Below, one piece after another: positions 13,187 through 26,485 of a stretch of 64,000 nucleotides of DNA (the first letter of the stretch is position 1; each line of letters starts with the position of its first letter). Origin of the DNA: Lingula anatina (lineage: Eukaryota > Animalia > Brachiopoda); contig CM120643.1 of NCBI GenBank assembly GCA_051362555.1, positions 24,618,848-24,682,847 on the forward strand. Reading direction: 5' to 3'. The notes under the pieces are model-generated. The model was not told the DNA's origin, did no database searches, and worked only from the letters and a program-made list of their open reading frames with translations. The position numbers and the translations under genes were made by a program.

Positions 13187-14035
13187 ATGGAAATACAAGT
13201 TATTTGTCACCCCTAGTCGCCTGGTGATGCTGACAGGAGCAGCACTGGCAGGCACATGTGGCTTTATAGCTGAAATAGTGGGTTTACTGCAGTGGAGAGA
13301 AAAGGTAATGAGTCAGAAATTTTCATTTATTTTATTTAATTCACTCTCATTATCAATATTCTGCTTATTTCTGTTCATTTATTTATTTATTTCTTATTTA
13401 TTATTATTGATATATTATTTTCCATGCATTAAAGGGATAATAACTCTTCATATCTCTTAAGAGATATTAACAAAAAACCAAACTTTTTAGAAAAAAACCA
13501 GGGACTAACTTTGAATGTAAAAATGGATTCATTAACCATTGGTAAGTATGGGAAAATTGTTGTTTACTCCAGGAAAATTCATTTTTTGGCCGAAACGAAG
13601 AGTTATTATTGCTTTAAGGATTATCATTTGCCTAAATTGCTTTCAAGAGTTCATTTGTTGCTAATAACGTAGGCAATAAGAAAAGGCAATCACAGTTTAC
13701 AGTTTGATTGAACTTTGGTAGAGTTAATGCTGCTTTGATTTATGACAAACCCAAATGAGATTATTTTTGAATTGAAGGCTTCAGTTGTGTTTTTATTTGT
13801 AATGATCAAGCACATTTTTTCTTTTGTTAAAAGGTAGTTTTTTCTAAAGACGTACAATAAGCATTTTTTATGCATAAGACATTTTGTCTCCTCATAAATT
13901 ACATATTTTTACATCAATTTTACAGGTCTAGTTCACTGCAATGTTTTCATTGTAAAAATTACCATTTCTTTTTAGAGAGAAGATCAGAAAGAAAAAAGAC
14001 AAGAATCTCACAAATTTCATTTTGATGCCATGTAG
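13187..14035 (+). pseudogene. ITFG1: Duplicated last two exons of ITFG1, copy 2 (probable orphan fragment)
   Basis: Exons 13187-13304 and 13976-14035 are nearly identical to copy 1, with a Gly-to-Glu change in the transmembrane helix (FIAEIVG). No upstream ITFG1 exon is visible before gene B. 3' flank homology with copy 1 runs to about 15450. Confidence 0.8.
13433..13613. mobile_element. Kolobok-like MITE, internally deleted copy
   Basis: TTAA on both sides, ends agggataataactcttc / gaagagttattattgct; empty site catgcattaagaatt at about 1341-1355. Confidence 0.8.
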
Positions 14036-15069
14036 CATGTTGAACACCTTTGCCTACATATTGCTCCTGGTGCTGAGGAACACTGGATATCCAGTTTCAC
14101 TTTCATTTTTTATGTCATTACAATAATGTACAGGATACGTAGTTTCACTGTGGTTCTAAGTGACTATGAAAACTTAAGTTTCTCTTTCATTTTTATGATG
14201 TGCCTGCAGTGTAAAGAAAATGATTTCTACTTTACTAACAGGCATCTACTGTTAGTAACTGAATACTAGTATTTAATCATTTAAAAGTTGCATACTATTT
14301 GATGCCTCTGGTTTCCATTCAGTGTGATTAGTAAAATAAATGTTTATAAAAGTGTTGTTTTCTCTGAAAATTTGTGGTCAAAAGTTACAGAACTGTTGAT
14401 TTATTTATTAACTTTTGTAGTCTCACATCTGTGCTTAGTAATAAACCAAAGTTGGTTGTGACGTTCACTCTGGAATTATAGTGGTCCTGCCAAAAACAAA
14501 GACAAAAACAGCAAATAGCTCTTTTCCTTGCTTGTATGATATGGGAAATACATTGTACAATACCATGAGGAGTGTGTGTGTGTGTGTACATGTCTGCCAG
14601 TATGTGTACGTGTGTTGTGCATGCCTATTATAATGGCAGAATGGAAAATAGTTTGACTGCTCTAGAAAATTCCTTTGACAATCTTATTCCTGATAGTATT
14701 ATTTATTATTGATAATATTTTGATGTAATACTGAAAATTTTCATTAATATTGTTGTTGTTTAGATTTTCATGATATGATTTTTAAAAAATGAGTGAAGAT
14801 TGACAGATTGGAATCCAAGTCATGGGAAAAGAATAGATAGTTAACAGGTTTTTTTCCTCATTTAAGTCCTAGATTTATAAGCTAAATCAATTTATTTAGA
14901 GTAATAATATTTGATTTAGAAATTTGAACTGTATGTTTTTTCCAGCTCAATATTGTTTTTCTTAGTCTTGATTACTTAAATGAATGTTACCTATAAAAAC
15001 ATTTGATAGCTGTTTTATAAAGTATTATTTCAGTTGAAAGCTTGGCTATGTAGAGATTTTGATATTTTA

Positions 15070-15321
15070 GGCTTCGTTCACATGCAATGTCTATTTTCTA
15101 TTTTCTATTTTCGGTATGTCTTATGATCACGGTCTGTGTACTGAATATCCCGCGGCGTAATTACTGGCAGCGCGAGCCAGTTACTATAAGTTACTATAAG
15201 TAACTGGCTCGCGCTGCCAGTAATTACGCGGCGGGATATTCAGTGCACAGACCGTGATCATAAGACATACCGAAAATAGAAAATAGAAAATAGAAAATAG
15301 ACATTGCATGTGAACGAAGCC
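15070..15321. mobile_element. Palindromic MITE, 252 bp, Harbinger/Tourist-like
   Basis: Almost complete foldback ggcttcgttcacatgcaatgtc...gacattgcatgtgaacgaagcc with TTA/TAA flanks; absent from the paralogous segment near 2975. Confidence 0.85.
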
Positions 15322-18300
15322 TAATTTTATTAATCTTTTCAATTGGATGTTGGTAAAAAAAAACTTGTCACATATTTTCATATTTGAATGATTTCTCTTT
15401 TTCCTTCAAGTAAATGTATAATATTAATGCTACTTGTATCTCTAACATAATTCATAATTGTTAAGTACACAAGTGTTAAAACATCCAAAATTCATTTTAC
15501 CAAAATACTCCCAGCACTTGTTCTGCCAGCTTTACCTCCTGGAATGTGTTAGTTGATCTGTCTCAACCATTGTGACCAGATATCTGACACATAATGCTTA
15601 CCATTCATTTTGAGGCCTAGTTTTTTAAGACTCTTTCACTGTGTTTCTAAGTATTTCAAAGTATTAAAGTATTAGATTCTAATTACTGTGTCTGTCTATT
15701 TGCCAATCAAGTAACTTTAAAAAGTCGTTCACAATTTTTAATTAATTTTCTATAAAAACCATTTAAAGGAGAATTGTTTTTTATTAAAGTAAAATACTAA
15801 ATGTAAAGCCAAATCTCAATCTGAAATGTGTATATTTTGACTATAATACTTCTTTGAAGGAGGCAAAAATTACATACGTGTTATGTATAACTGCATGGTA
15901 TAGGTCATATTTAGCAATAATTCTAATTCAACATAATTGAGACCTAAGGTCACTATTTAAAAATAACACTGTCAAACCATTCTTTTAATGGACTCTATTT
16001 AGTACAGACAACACAGGCCAGTTCTCTTCCATCCACATATGGTGGACAGGGGAGAGAACCACACTGAGATTCAGCAGTGTTGAACAAGGCACCATTTTTG
16101 TCCTCATGACCTCCAGCTACCACTTCTGGAGCTTCATCAAGGCAGACAAACTCTGTTCTCTGATGGACATCACGATCTGATACCAGGTATCCATTGTACT
16201 CTGTTGTCCACCCAGCTGGACATGTCTTCTTGGCTGGTATCATCACATGACTGGGGCGTGTTTGGGTGTAGCATACAGCACAGGGGGCATCATGGTCAAC
16301 AAATTTCTGATCTGTATTCGATGTTGAAAATATATTTTGATAAATAAAGTTATATTCCACACCATGTATGTAAGAACCAGTACTTTGTCCTCCATCTTGG
16401 TATCTCCCCCACTCTGGTGTCTGTGGCAAACACAGGTAATTACTGCCTCCTCCAGTTTTGGTGTAAAAGGTTCCAGCTGATATCCCTATAGGTATGAAAA
16501 TTAGTTATAATATCAGTCACTTTGTCAATTATGAAAAAATATATATGTATGTACATATATACAAACACCCCTTTTATTATTATTATTATATTATTATTTT
16601 AAAGCTGAATAGAACTTCACTTACCTTTGTACAAAAGCTTTGAATGTGGTGAACAAGTTGTTCTACTCCAGCGTGTGTAAACTGCCCCGCCGTGGCTGGT
16701 ATTGGCTGCTAGACCTGAAAACATACATTAAATCTTGAGAACCATATATATATTGTTTAAACTGCCCCACCATGGTTGGTATTTGGTGGTAGACCTAGAA
16801 ACATGAAAACATACACTAAAAATAGTCATCAAGCATAATATTGCACAGTAATCCTTCTCCCTATTGCCAGAATAATGGTGTCTAATAATGGCACAAAAAA
16901 GGATAATTTTGGCACCAACATTCATATTTAGCGAATTATTATTGGATAAACAGCATGTTCCTTGGGTTTACCAGCCTTTAATCTTCCTTTCCTGATACTC
17001 ACATCTCTGTAAAAATTTTGGAAAAAGCCAAAGATCATAAGCGGACTTCAAGGTTTTTCATGTACACCATTCCTTTCATTGACTGAACTGAACTACAATT
17101 GCAACATAAATGCAGTGCCCTTTTCAAACCGTGTCAAGACAATTAAGACCATTTAGCGGTCATTTTATGTTTTAAGGGTATGAATTTCCCTATCAGATAT
17201 GTTCAACAAAAAGCAATCCATGCGCTTAGAATGTGATTTAAATCCTTTTTTGTGTGGCTTTAAGCGATAAGTAAAACTTTCATGAAATCTAAAAATAAAG
17301 TCAGTGTCAGAGGAAAGAAGACTACATTCCCCATATAAAAAAAAATAATCATCATTATTAAAAAAGAAGTGCCTGATTTAGTTATAGCACTATACAAACC
17401 TGTAGATGGCACCCCTATCTGAGCTCCAATTTGTCCCAGCATTTGTTTGAGGGTATCCAGTGTTAGAGATCCTGGGTCCCCTTTAGGTCCAGGGGGTCCC
17501 TTAGAAAATTCAACAAAAATATTGAAACTGCTATTTCACAAAGGAATATATATGAACAGAAGTATAAACTGGTAATATAAACTACAAATTTGTTATCTAT
17601 GAGTTGAGTATTTGAAATTACATGTCAAGATATTTTAGAGGTTTATCTCATGGAACATTTAATATTTCTTTTTAAACATGCATTTTCATGATATTTCAAG
17701 AAGAACAAAACAGTTTAAAATAGATGCACATTTTCATGACATTTTAAGACTGAAGTGGATATCATAGTTCACAGATTGCATTATTGTCTAATTTTCAATA
17801 AAAACCCAATATGATCCAATCATGATTTTGAATTAAAAAATGAGTAACTGTATACGTATCATGCAAGTTTTACCTGTATTCTATCTCTGCCATCTTTACC
17901 ATCTCTCCCAGGTAATCCCTGGGGTCCCTGAACACTGCTCCTTGAGGAGTTGACAACTGAAAAGGATATCTTAGTAAATATAAATGAAAATAATTATCAT
18001 TTGCATCTGATATTTTTCTGTTTTAACACTTAGTGTTAAAACACTTAGTGATTGGCTTTGATGAGTTATATTTAAAAAATATTGTTTAAAAAGGACTGGC
18101 ATCATTTTTCATCATTTTCCACCTAAAATCTATAAATATTTTAAAATGTCGACTAAACTATCATAACTTAATATATCATCTATAATATAGAGAGCAGACC
18201 TACGATTACCTTGTAGTGGTGACTGATATCCAAGCAGTCCAATGATTTGTTTGAGACTGTCTACTGTTAAACCTGGGTTCTGTGGATTAATTTATTTGTA

Positions 18301-18768
18301 ATAATAAAAGGTGAACATTCCTTGGGGAGTCATTTCTTACTTTGAGCATGAGGTTTATTAACATTCGAATCAAATTGCATCCACATGTACATCAAGTCAG
18401 TATTCTATATACATATCGATCGTGTTCACTATCAACTTATTTGGGCCAAAAAACTACAGTTCAGTACATTCTCATTACTTTTATATCAAAAAGGGATTCA
18501 TGTATTTTTTCACAAACAAAAATGAGTAAAGTTACCTGAATTCCATCTTTCCCATCTTTTCCATCCTTGCCGTCCCTGCCATCCCTGCCATCTTTCCCTT
18601 GGGGTCCTTGGGGTCCTTGTAGACACCCTGAAGTTGCCACTAGAACATATTATACAGATATATATTAGATTTGAAGTACTTATTTTACGTGAAGTTGCTG
18701 TTAACTGTAAGTCAACCATTGCATGTAAATATCTGTTTTCAAATATTTACCATACCCGGTACAGTTAA

Positions 18769-19083
18769 AGAGATAACTCTTTGTATGAGATCTATATTTC
18801 ACAATAAAAAACATTGTGAACAACTCATAGAAATATAATATATTCTGTTTTACCACAAAAACGGCTAAAACGGCAGTTATAGCTATTATTCTGATATCTG
18901 AGCTTGTCTTTAGACCACGTGACCTCCATTGATGGCTATACCCTGTTATTATCTCTTAAGAGATTATAACAAAAAAAAACTTTTTAGAAAAAAACCAGGG
19001 ACAAACTGAATATAAAAATGGAAAAATTGTTGTTTACTCTATGAAAATTCATTTTTTGGCCAAAACAAAGAGTTATTATCCCT
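18769..19083. mobile_element. Kolobok-like MITE
   Basis: TTAA flanks; same family as 13433 and 20127, opposite orientation to the 20127 copy. Confidence 0.8.
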
Positions 19084-19614
19084 TTAAGTGATTTGTTGGC
19101 TTACAACATTGGGAATGATGATGTAAACTGTTTAACATACAGTAGAATTATCTATTAATAAAAGTAACAGTTTTTACATGTGAAATTAATGTATCTGAAA
19201 ATGTAAGGCTTTGGTGAACTCAGAAATATAAAACAATCAGAGGATAAAACTTACAGGTAAAAACTCCTAATGATATCTTTAGGAACGTATTTAATAAATG
19301 TTTGAATGTAGGATATAGAGTTTAATATATTTCTAAATTTATTATTACTAAACATGGAGCATATCTTTTTTTTTAAATCATGTTAAGCAATAAAATTTTG
19401 TTAAAATGGTATAAATAAGTTAATGTAGACCTGTAACAAATAATGTTACAGCTTACAGTTTCCTTGCTGCACTTGTCTCTTGGTTATAGAATGGTTTCCA
19501 TAGTGAAACTTTGTTCCATTTTGCTCAGCAACTGTGATCGTACCCATGGTCTGTCCATTGAGCTTCAACTTGATATCTGACTAATATGAAAACAAAGCAG
19601 AAGAATATATATTT

Positions 19615-19970
19615 AATCATGGACATAATGAGAGAAGGACGAGAAACCCGGAGCAAGATCAAAGGATAATCGGCTTAACGTGAGCTCTTCATGAAACTAT
19701 GTGCGTTCGGATCACGCGACCTCCCGTACATGTAGCGAGCATATCGCAGTTGTCGATGAATTTTTGTGTCATTTGGGCAGGTAGTTCGCAAATAACATGA
19801 GTCAATCTTTCGGGTGGATGAGACAATAAAATTATAGAGATGAAGTATAAGTACAATTTGTTCTGTCAATTTGGAAACTATGTGAGAATTTGATATGTTT
19901 ATTCCTGGAGGAATTCAAAATGCCCTATGTGGTAAAGGCAATCTTGTTTTTCTCATTATGTCCATGATTT
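19615..19970. mobile_element. Unclassified MITE in intron 1 of C
   Basis: Inverted ends aatcatggacataatgaga / tctcattatgtccatgatt; CpG-rich interior absent from paralogous introns. Confidence 0.65.
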
Positions 19971-20126
19971 AATTAAATGTGTTAATAGATACGTGATTCT
20001 AAATACATGGAAATTGTAGAACATACATTTTCATTTTTCATTGACATTCAAGATAAGGTGGACAGAACTATTGGTAAAAACCACAATCATGCTGAGAGAC
20101 GTAATTCAAAGCCCAAAATACCTTAA

Positions 20127-20464
20127 AGGGATAATAACTCTTCGTTTCGGCCAAAAAATGAATTTTCCTGGAGTAAACGACAATTTTCCCATACTTACCA
20201 ATGGTTAATGAATCCATTTTTACATTCAAAGTTAGTCCCTGGTTTTTTTCTAAAAAGTTTGGTTTTTTGTTAAAATCTCTTAAGAGATTTTAACAGAGTA
20301 TAGCCATCAATGGAGGTCACGTGGTCTAAAGACAAGCTCAGATATCAGAATAATAGCTGTAACTGCCGTTTTTTGTGGTAAAACAGAATATATTATATTT
20401 CTATGAGTTATTCACAATGTTTTTATTGTGAAATATAGATCTCATACGAAGAGTTATTATCCCT
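20127..20464. mobile_element. Kolobok-like MITE, 338 bp, inserted in the last codons of exon 1 of C
   Basis: TTAA duplicated (20123-20126, 20465-20468); perfect 19 bp TIR agggataataactcttcgt / acgaagagttattatccct. AG...CT termini with TTAA fit Kolobok rather than piggyBac. Confidence 0.85.
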
Positions 20465-20883
20465 TTAAGTTGTTTGTTCTCCAGCCGGACTACTGCAACC
20501 TCAGCCTCAAGTTTTTTCATCTTTTGTTCTTGTCTGTAAAGTTTTCCAACTAGTTTCTTCATCTCTAGTTGTTGTTGGTCCACTCTTTCAACCAGTTTCA
20601 TCAAAGCACCATTATTGACATCAGCATGATTATGGAACGCCATTCACGCAAAAAATGCAGAAGTCAATTCAACAATCTATCGGCACTATTTAACAACCAA
20701 AACCTACTTTAACTATCTAAACTTAATTCTACTAAATTAGTTTTGGTCATTTTAATCATTCGTCAAAATCTAACAATCAATAAAGGATTCAAAAGTCAAT
20801 TACCGCAACTCAACAATCAGTCACCGCAACTCAACAATCAGTTATCGCAACTCAACAATCAGTTACAGCAACTCAACAATCAG

Positions 20884-20887
<4 letters not shown>

Positions 20888-20937
<50 letters not shown>

Positions 20938-23900
20938 ATTTATTCACTCAAAAAAAAAAGAAAATATACATATATAATAAAATATTTAAGCAGATAATCA
21001 AAGATTGAAAGATTAAATGCATGTAATACAATGCTGGTGATAATTACGGTAATTAAATACTAATAGGTAAATAAAAAGATCATAAATATATAGATTTACT
21101 CTCACTCACTCATCCATCCATACATACTACGCGTATGCATGCTTGTTGTGAGCTACATCTCGGCAACTATAACATATATAATGAAATATTTAGACAGAAA
21201 ATCAAAGATTAAATGCATATGATACTGATAATAATTACGGTAATTAAATACTGATAAATAAATAAGAACATAAATATATAGACTTACTTTCACTCACTCA
21301 TCCGTCCATACATACTACACGTATACATGCTTGTTGTGAACTACATAACGGCAACTATAGCGTACTAGAGGTGAAAATTTTAACACGTTATGGTAGGAAT
21401 GCGTTTCCATTTTGTATTGAACCTGTCTTCTTTTCCTGTCTTTATAGCAATGTATTTTTCTATTTTCTTCTTCTGACTAAGAAAATGTAGAAACAGTTCA
21501 AAATCATAGACTGATGGATTTTCTGAATTTTTGTTTATGAATTGTTTGGCCACAATAATGCAGAAATTTAAAGCTTTTACACGCTGGTCGCTTGACAGAC
21601 ACCCGTACATTTATATAGTTTTTTCATTTTTTCTGAAGTGTATAGTGTTATTCGGAATGTTCCACCAGTTTTCAAATGCAATCCAAAAATTTCTTGCACG
21701 TACACATTCTACAAAACGATGTATTATTGTTTCTTTCATATGGCAGTTAATACATCCTGGGCTAGTAACTATTTTCATTTTGAACAGTGTAGAATTTGTG
21801 TACAGCACATTGTGAATTATTCTGTATTGCATTACTTGTAGTTGAGTTTCTTTGACAGACTCAAATGGTATCAAGAAAACTCTCTGCCAATCATTTTCAC
21901 TTACGCCTGATTTGATAAGATGCAAACTTGCTGTGGGTAAATTTATTACATTTCTTTCTATTAGCTTATCGTAAATGGTTTTTGTAGAGGCTAGAGTCCA
22001 TACTATCTCATCTGAGTCTGTGTTGTCAACTGTTTCTGCATTTTCCCGAAGTTTACGTAGCCATGATATCGGAATTGATTTTTTTACTTTTTCGTATTCT
22101 AGAAAATTCGGCAGCTTAATGTCGAAGTTGTGTTGATTTATTATTTCTTCTAATGATATAAATTCACCATTAATATTTATAATATCTTGCATATAATTTA
22201 CTCCGGCTTTTGACCAATGCCTTAGATATATTGACTTTTTGTTTACAAGTATGAATCTATTATTCCATATTATCTGTTTCTTTATATCGGAGGCATTATT
22301 AGGGTCTGTTTGTATTAAATCACTCCATGCATCTAGCATGGCTACGTAAAAAGGTGGTATGTCCGAAATGTTAATATTCTTCAGTTCATAATTACAACTG
22401 AAAATAAGTTTTCCTCCCACACTTCTTAAATATTTCAGTATGTTTATAACCCACGGATCATCGTTGTCAGCTAACATTATGCGCTTAACCATTGAGGCCT
22501 TCAGAGACCGCACGTGCGATGGCACATGCGTCAAATTTAAACCACCTTTACTCTTTGGGGCTATTAATGTATTTTGCTTTAATTTTGGTTTTTTATCATT
22601 CCATAGAAATTTTTTGAATAAAGCATCTATCCTCAAAATAATATCATTTGGGGTCTCAAGAACTGTATTAGCATAAACCAGTTTAGCCAGACCCAATGTT
22701 TTCAGTATTTGTATCTTTCCAATCCATGTGAGGTCTCTGCTGGACCAAAGGTTAAGCAGCTTTTCAATTTGATCAACTTTACTATCGAAGTCTAGAAACC
22801 TGCAGCTTTCGTAATCGTAAGAGAAATGAATTCCGAGAGCTTTTATTGGTCTATCCGGCCATAGCAACCCGAGGGGCTTTTCGTCGTTGAATCTATTGCT
22901 TCCAAGACACAGGGCTTCGGACTTGCTCAAGTTTAGTTCTAAACCAGAAATTTGTTTAAAATTCAGATATTAATTTCAATGCGTTTTTAGCGGACCCAAC
23001 ATCATTTAGAAATAGCGTTGTATCGTCGGCATATTGGCATAATTTGTGTTCATGACGATCAATAGTAATTCCCCGTATGGATGGATCTGCGCGTATTGCG
23101 CAGGCTAGTATTTCTACGGCCAGCACGAATAGAGGGCCGGACAGTGGGCATCCTTGTCTTACACCTCTTGTAATTGAAAAGAATCGCGAGGAATATCCGT
23201 TGTTTGTAATACAACTGGAAGCATTGGCGTACATAATGTCAAACCACTGAATGAAGTCAGGGCCAAAGTTGAATATTTTCAGGCATTTTTTTATAAATTC
23301 CCATTCAATGCAATCGAACGCTTTTTTAAAATCTAAGAAAATTGCCATCCCTTCTTTATTTTGCCTTTTTGTTGAGTACATAAGATCCCAGATGAGTCTT
23401 ATATTTTCACCGATATATCTTTTTTTAACGTACCCGGTTTGGTTTTTGTTGATAATGGTTGGTAAAGTCATTTCCATTCGTTTTGCAAGTGCTTTTGCGG
23501 CTATTTTGTAGCTTACGCTTAGCAAAGAAATAGGTCGCCAGTTTTCCAAACGGTGTCTATCCTTGTCTTTTTTGGGAATTAGTGTTATTATACCCTGCCG
23601 TTGGCTAATATTTAACTGACCAGTTTCAAAAGCAAAATTTAAACAGTCTGCAATTTCCTCTCCTAATTCTTCCCAGAATTTCATGTAAAATTCTGCGGAG
23701 AGCCCATCGACACCCGGGGTTTTATTCTTCTTTTTTGTAAGTTCTTTGAGTGCGTTTTTGCACTCGTTGATGGTTAGCTTTCCTTCACATGCGATTTTTA
23801 GGTCGTTTGGAATTTGGGGTATGTTTTGTACATTGAAAAATTTGTTTGAGATTCTCTCGTTAAAGGTAGTGTTCTGTGAGGTGTACAAATTTTCATAAAA

Positions 23901-24053
23901 CTTTTCCTGTTCTTGTAGAATATCTTTATCGTTAGTTACTGTTAGTGTATCATTAATTTCTAGTTTTGTAATTGTATTTCTGACCCGATTCCGTTTTTCC
24001 AAGTTGATAAAGTAATTTGTATTGCGTTCGCCCTTTTCGTACCATCTCACTTT
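20888..24053 (-). mobile_element. 5'-truncated L1/Tx1-clade LINE (ORF2 reverse transcriptase and C-terminal Cys-His motif)
   Basis: RT motifs KTPGVDG, NWRPISLL, LDFKKAFD, GVRQGCPLS, QYADD; CINCHMKETIIHRFVEC; one frameshift near 22956 and one in-frame stop at 21611; AATAAA next to a 48 nt poly(A) (20888-20935); 3' UTR with an internal duplication of about 170 bp. Confidence 0.93.
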
Positions 24054-24536
24054 ACCGCAACTCAACAATCAGTTATCGCAACTCAACAATCAGTTACAGC
24101 AACTCAACAATCAGTTACTGCAAACGGTCATTCGCGGACTTAACACCAGATGGCGCGCGCGCACCGTCAGCGATCTGAAACGTCCTTGACCTTTTCCATC
24201 GTTTTAACAGTATTAAAATACGTGGTGCCTCGATTTGAAACCATTCAGCTTAAATTGTGTTTTTAATCTCCAAATACTTAAAAAAATCAATAAAGCTATT
24301 CGGCAAGAACCTATTATATCGTATCTTTTATATTAATTATTATTACATATCACAATAATAAACGAGTCGCCTTTTGATGTACGCCCGGCTATAACCTCTA
24401 TTAAAAAATATCAATTTTTATGAGATTCGTATCGTTTGGTTCCATTGCCTTGCTTTCAAAAATTAGAACAGGCGCTCCAAAATCGTAAGACGAAGTTAAA
24501 ATTTTTATATTGGCCGAGTTCGCCACCGACTAGAAT

Positions 24537-26354
24537 GCCTATACGCCCCCGCATCCGATACTCCCGCGCTTCTTTACATCACCGCACCAATACTCCCCCG
24601 CACCGATACTCCCCCGCTTCTTTACATCCCCGCATCGATACCCCCCCCCCCCCCCCCCCCCCCCCCACTGATACTCCCGCGTACCAATACTCCGCAAAAA
24701 CACTATTCCCCAAAGCAAAGATTCCCTGGGCTTTGTAGACACAAATCGTGCTTCAAAACCCTTTCTATTATGCTATTTTTTTCAAAGTTGCACAACCCTC
24801 TTGGGACACATAATTGACACATTTTATTCGAAATATATTGGGGAAAATAAAGGGCGTTACTCGAAGTCGATCTCAGACTTTGCGTGCAGCTTAACAGTCC
24901 GTAGGCCTACAGCTATGCCTTGTAAATTTGAGAAATGTTTGTGCAAAATTAATATTGTTCTCCTACTGTAGTTACCGTATTTATATTATACGCCCTTTTA
25001 TTTATTTACTTAAGGCAAAGTTAGTTTTAATCTAAGATGACGCAGCTATGTCTTTTCCTCAGGCAACGATGATTTTGTTTAATTATTAAATAATAAAAAA
25101 GCAGTGCTAAAGCGCTTCGTTTTCTGTTATCTTCCTCCAACCTTCTTTTCTGCTCTTAAACTTCTTTCCCTTGTCTTTTGGAGGCATATTAGAATCTGAA
25201 TTGAGCAAAATTCAAAATTTTTGAAAATTGTTGGACAACGAAATTGTGGAGACACGAGCATGCGTCGTGAGCACACCTTTTATTCTCGCAGTCCCGCCGT
25301 GTTTTCGACTTACTTCGTCATAGATGTGAGGGCGTGCGCCGTACTCAACACGCAAAGGGCACTTTCTCTTTCATTGCTTGCGACGTGCATCTTGGACCAC
25401 GCAAGTCTCACTTGCAAACTCCTCGCAAACTCCTTGCGAAGGGAGCAAGTTACGCTTGCGGCCTCGCTGTTTAAAGATTATTTAAACAGCGAGGCCGCAA
25501 GCGTAACTTAAGATTATTTGTAGAATAAAGCGTAACAAAGATTATTTGTAGAATCTATTGGAAATGTTTAGTATCCTCCGTACGTGCTTACATACGTGCG
25601 AACTCGAAATTTCGCATAAAGGACTTGCGTGGCACGTGAGATTCTCCGCAAAATTTGGACTCAAACGGGTCGTAAGAGCCCGTGCGGCCGGTTGTGACCG
25701 AGACTAATGTGTTGTCGCCCAAGATTTTTTAGGAACTTTGCGGCTTCTTTTGTATAATACCGATGCTCAATTGTAAGCAATTAAGATTTGTATGCACTGC
25801 GCAATAGCATAAAAACAACATCACCAAGGATCTCCCTGTGGCCATTTTTTTTCACTTATCTCACCAATATCCAAAGCGTTTTTCCATTTGAAAAAAGTAT
25901 TTCTTATACAATGTAGGCCGTGCTTCCGAGTCGTTGACCAATTTTTCAAATCTATATGTGAAAAAAATCGATGCAAGGTGACAGACTCTCCCATGATAGA
26001 CAGTCCGGTTCCCATCAATTTGCATATAGGTAATTCAGCCCCGCCCTAGATTTTGACCCACTTACGTCGATTGACCCTAACCTGTAGCCTATAATTAAAT
26101 GGATGGATGACTCTCCGTTACCCAGACCCTCAGTTTCGTGGAAATTGCATAGGGGGAGTAATAATGCGGGGAGTAGCCTATCGTTGCGGGGGAGTAACGG
26201 TGCGCGTATAGGCCTAACGGCAATTCTAGAGGGGATTTATCGATGCGGGGATCTATCGGTGTGAGGTCGTATCGACGTGCATAATGCAAAAATTTACTAA
26301 GGAGAAGTATCGGTGCGGGGGAGTATTAGTACGGGGGAGTATCGGCATGAACCC
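24537..26354. mobile_element. Unclassified non-autonomous element with inverted CG-rich subterminal repeats
   Basis: (cgatactcccccgca)n-like units at 24540-24700 are inverted against (tgcgggggagtatcg)n at 26150-26345; flanked by the direct repeat CTAGAAT (24530-24536, 26355-26361). The left terminus looks clipped. Confidence 0.6.
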
Positions 26355-26485
26355 CTAGAATATCCTCACAGCATTATCTGCAATTTTTAATGTATTTTGC
26401 AATATAATTTTCATTCCTCCCGATGGATAATTTTATTAATCAAGAGTGGGGGAGGGGTGGAAAATCCCCTTGGTGCCACATATAA

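Noticed and set aside
16810-17300. Intron segments unique to one paralogue (also about 9920-10330 and 32185-32470)
   Set aside because: Probably old insertions, but I could not define termini, TSDs or coding relics.
20795-20887. 21 bp repeats (also 24054-24118 and 29985-30112) as a CRISPR array or a QLNNQ-repeat protein
   Set aside because: Head-to-tail units without unique spacers, lying in the inverted arms of a transposon; eukaryotic context, no cas genes.
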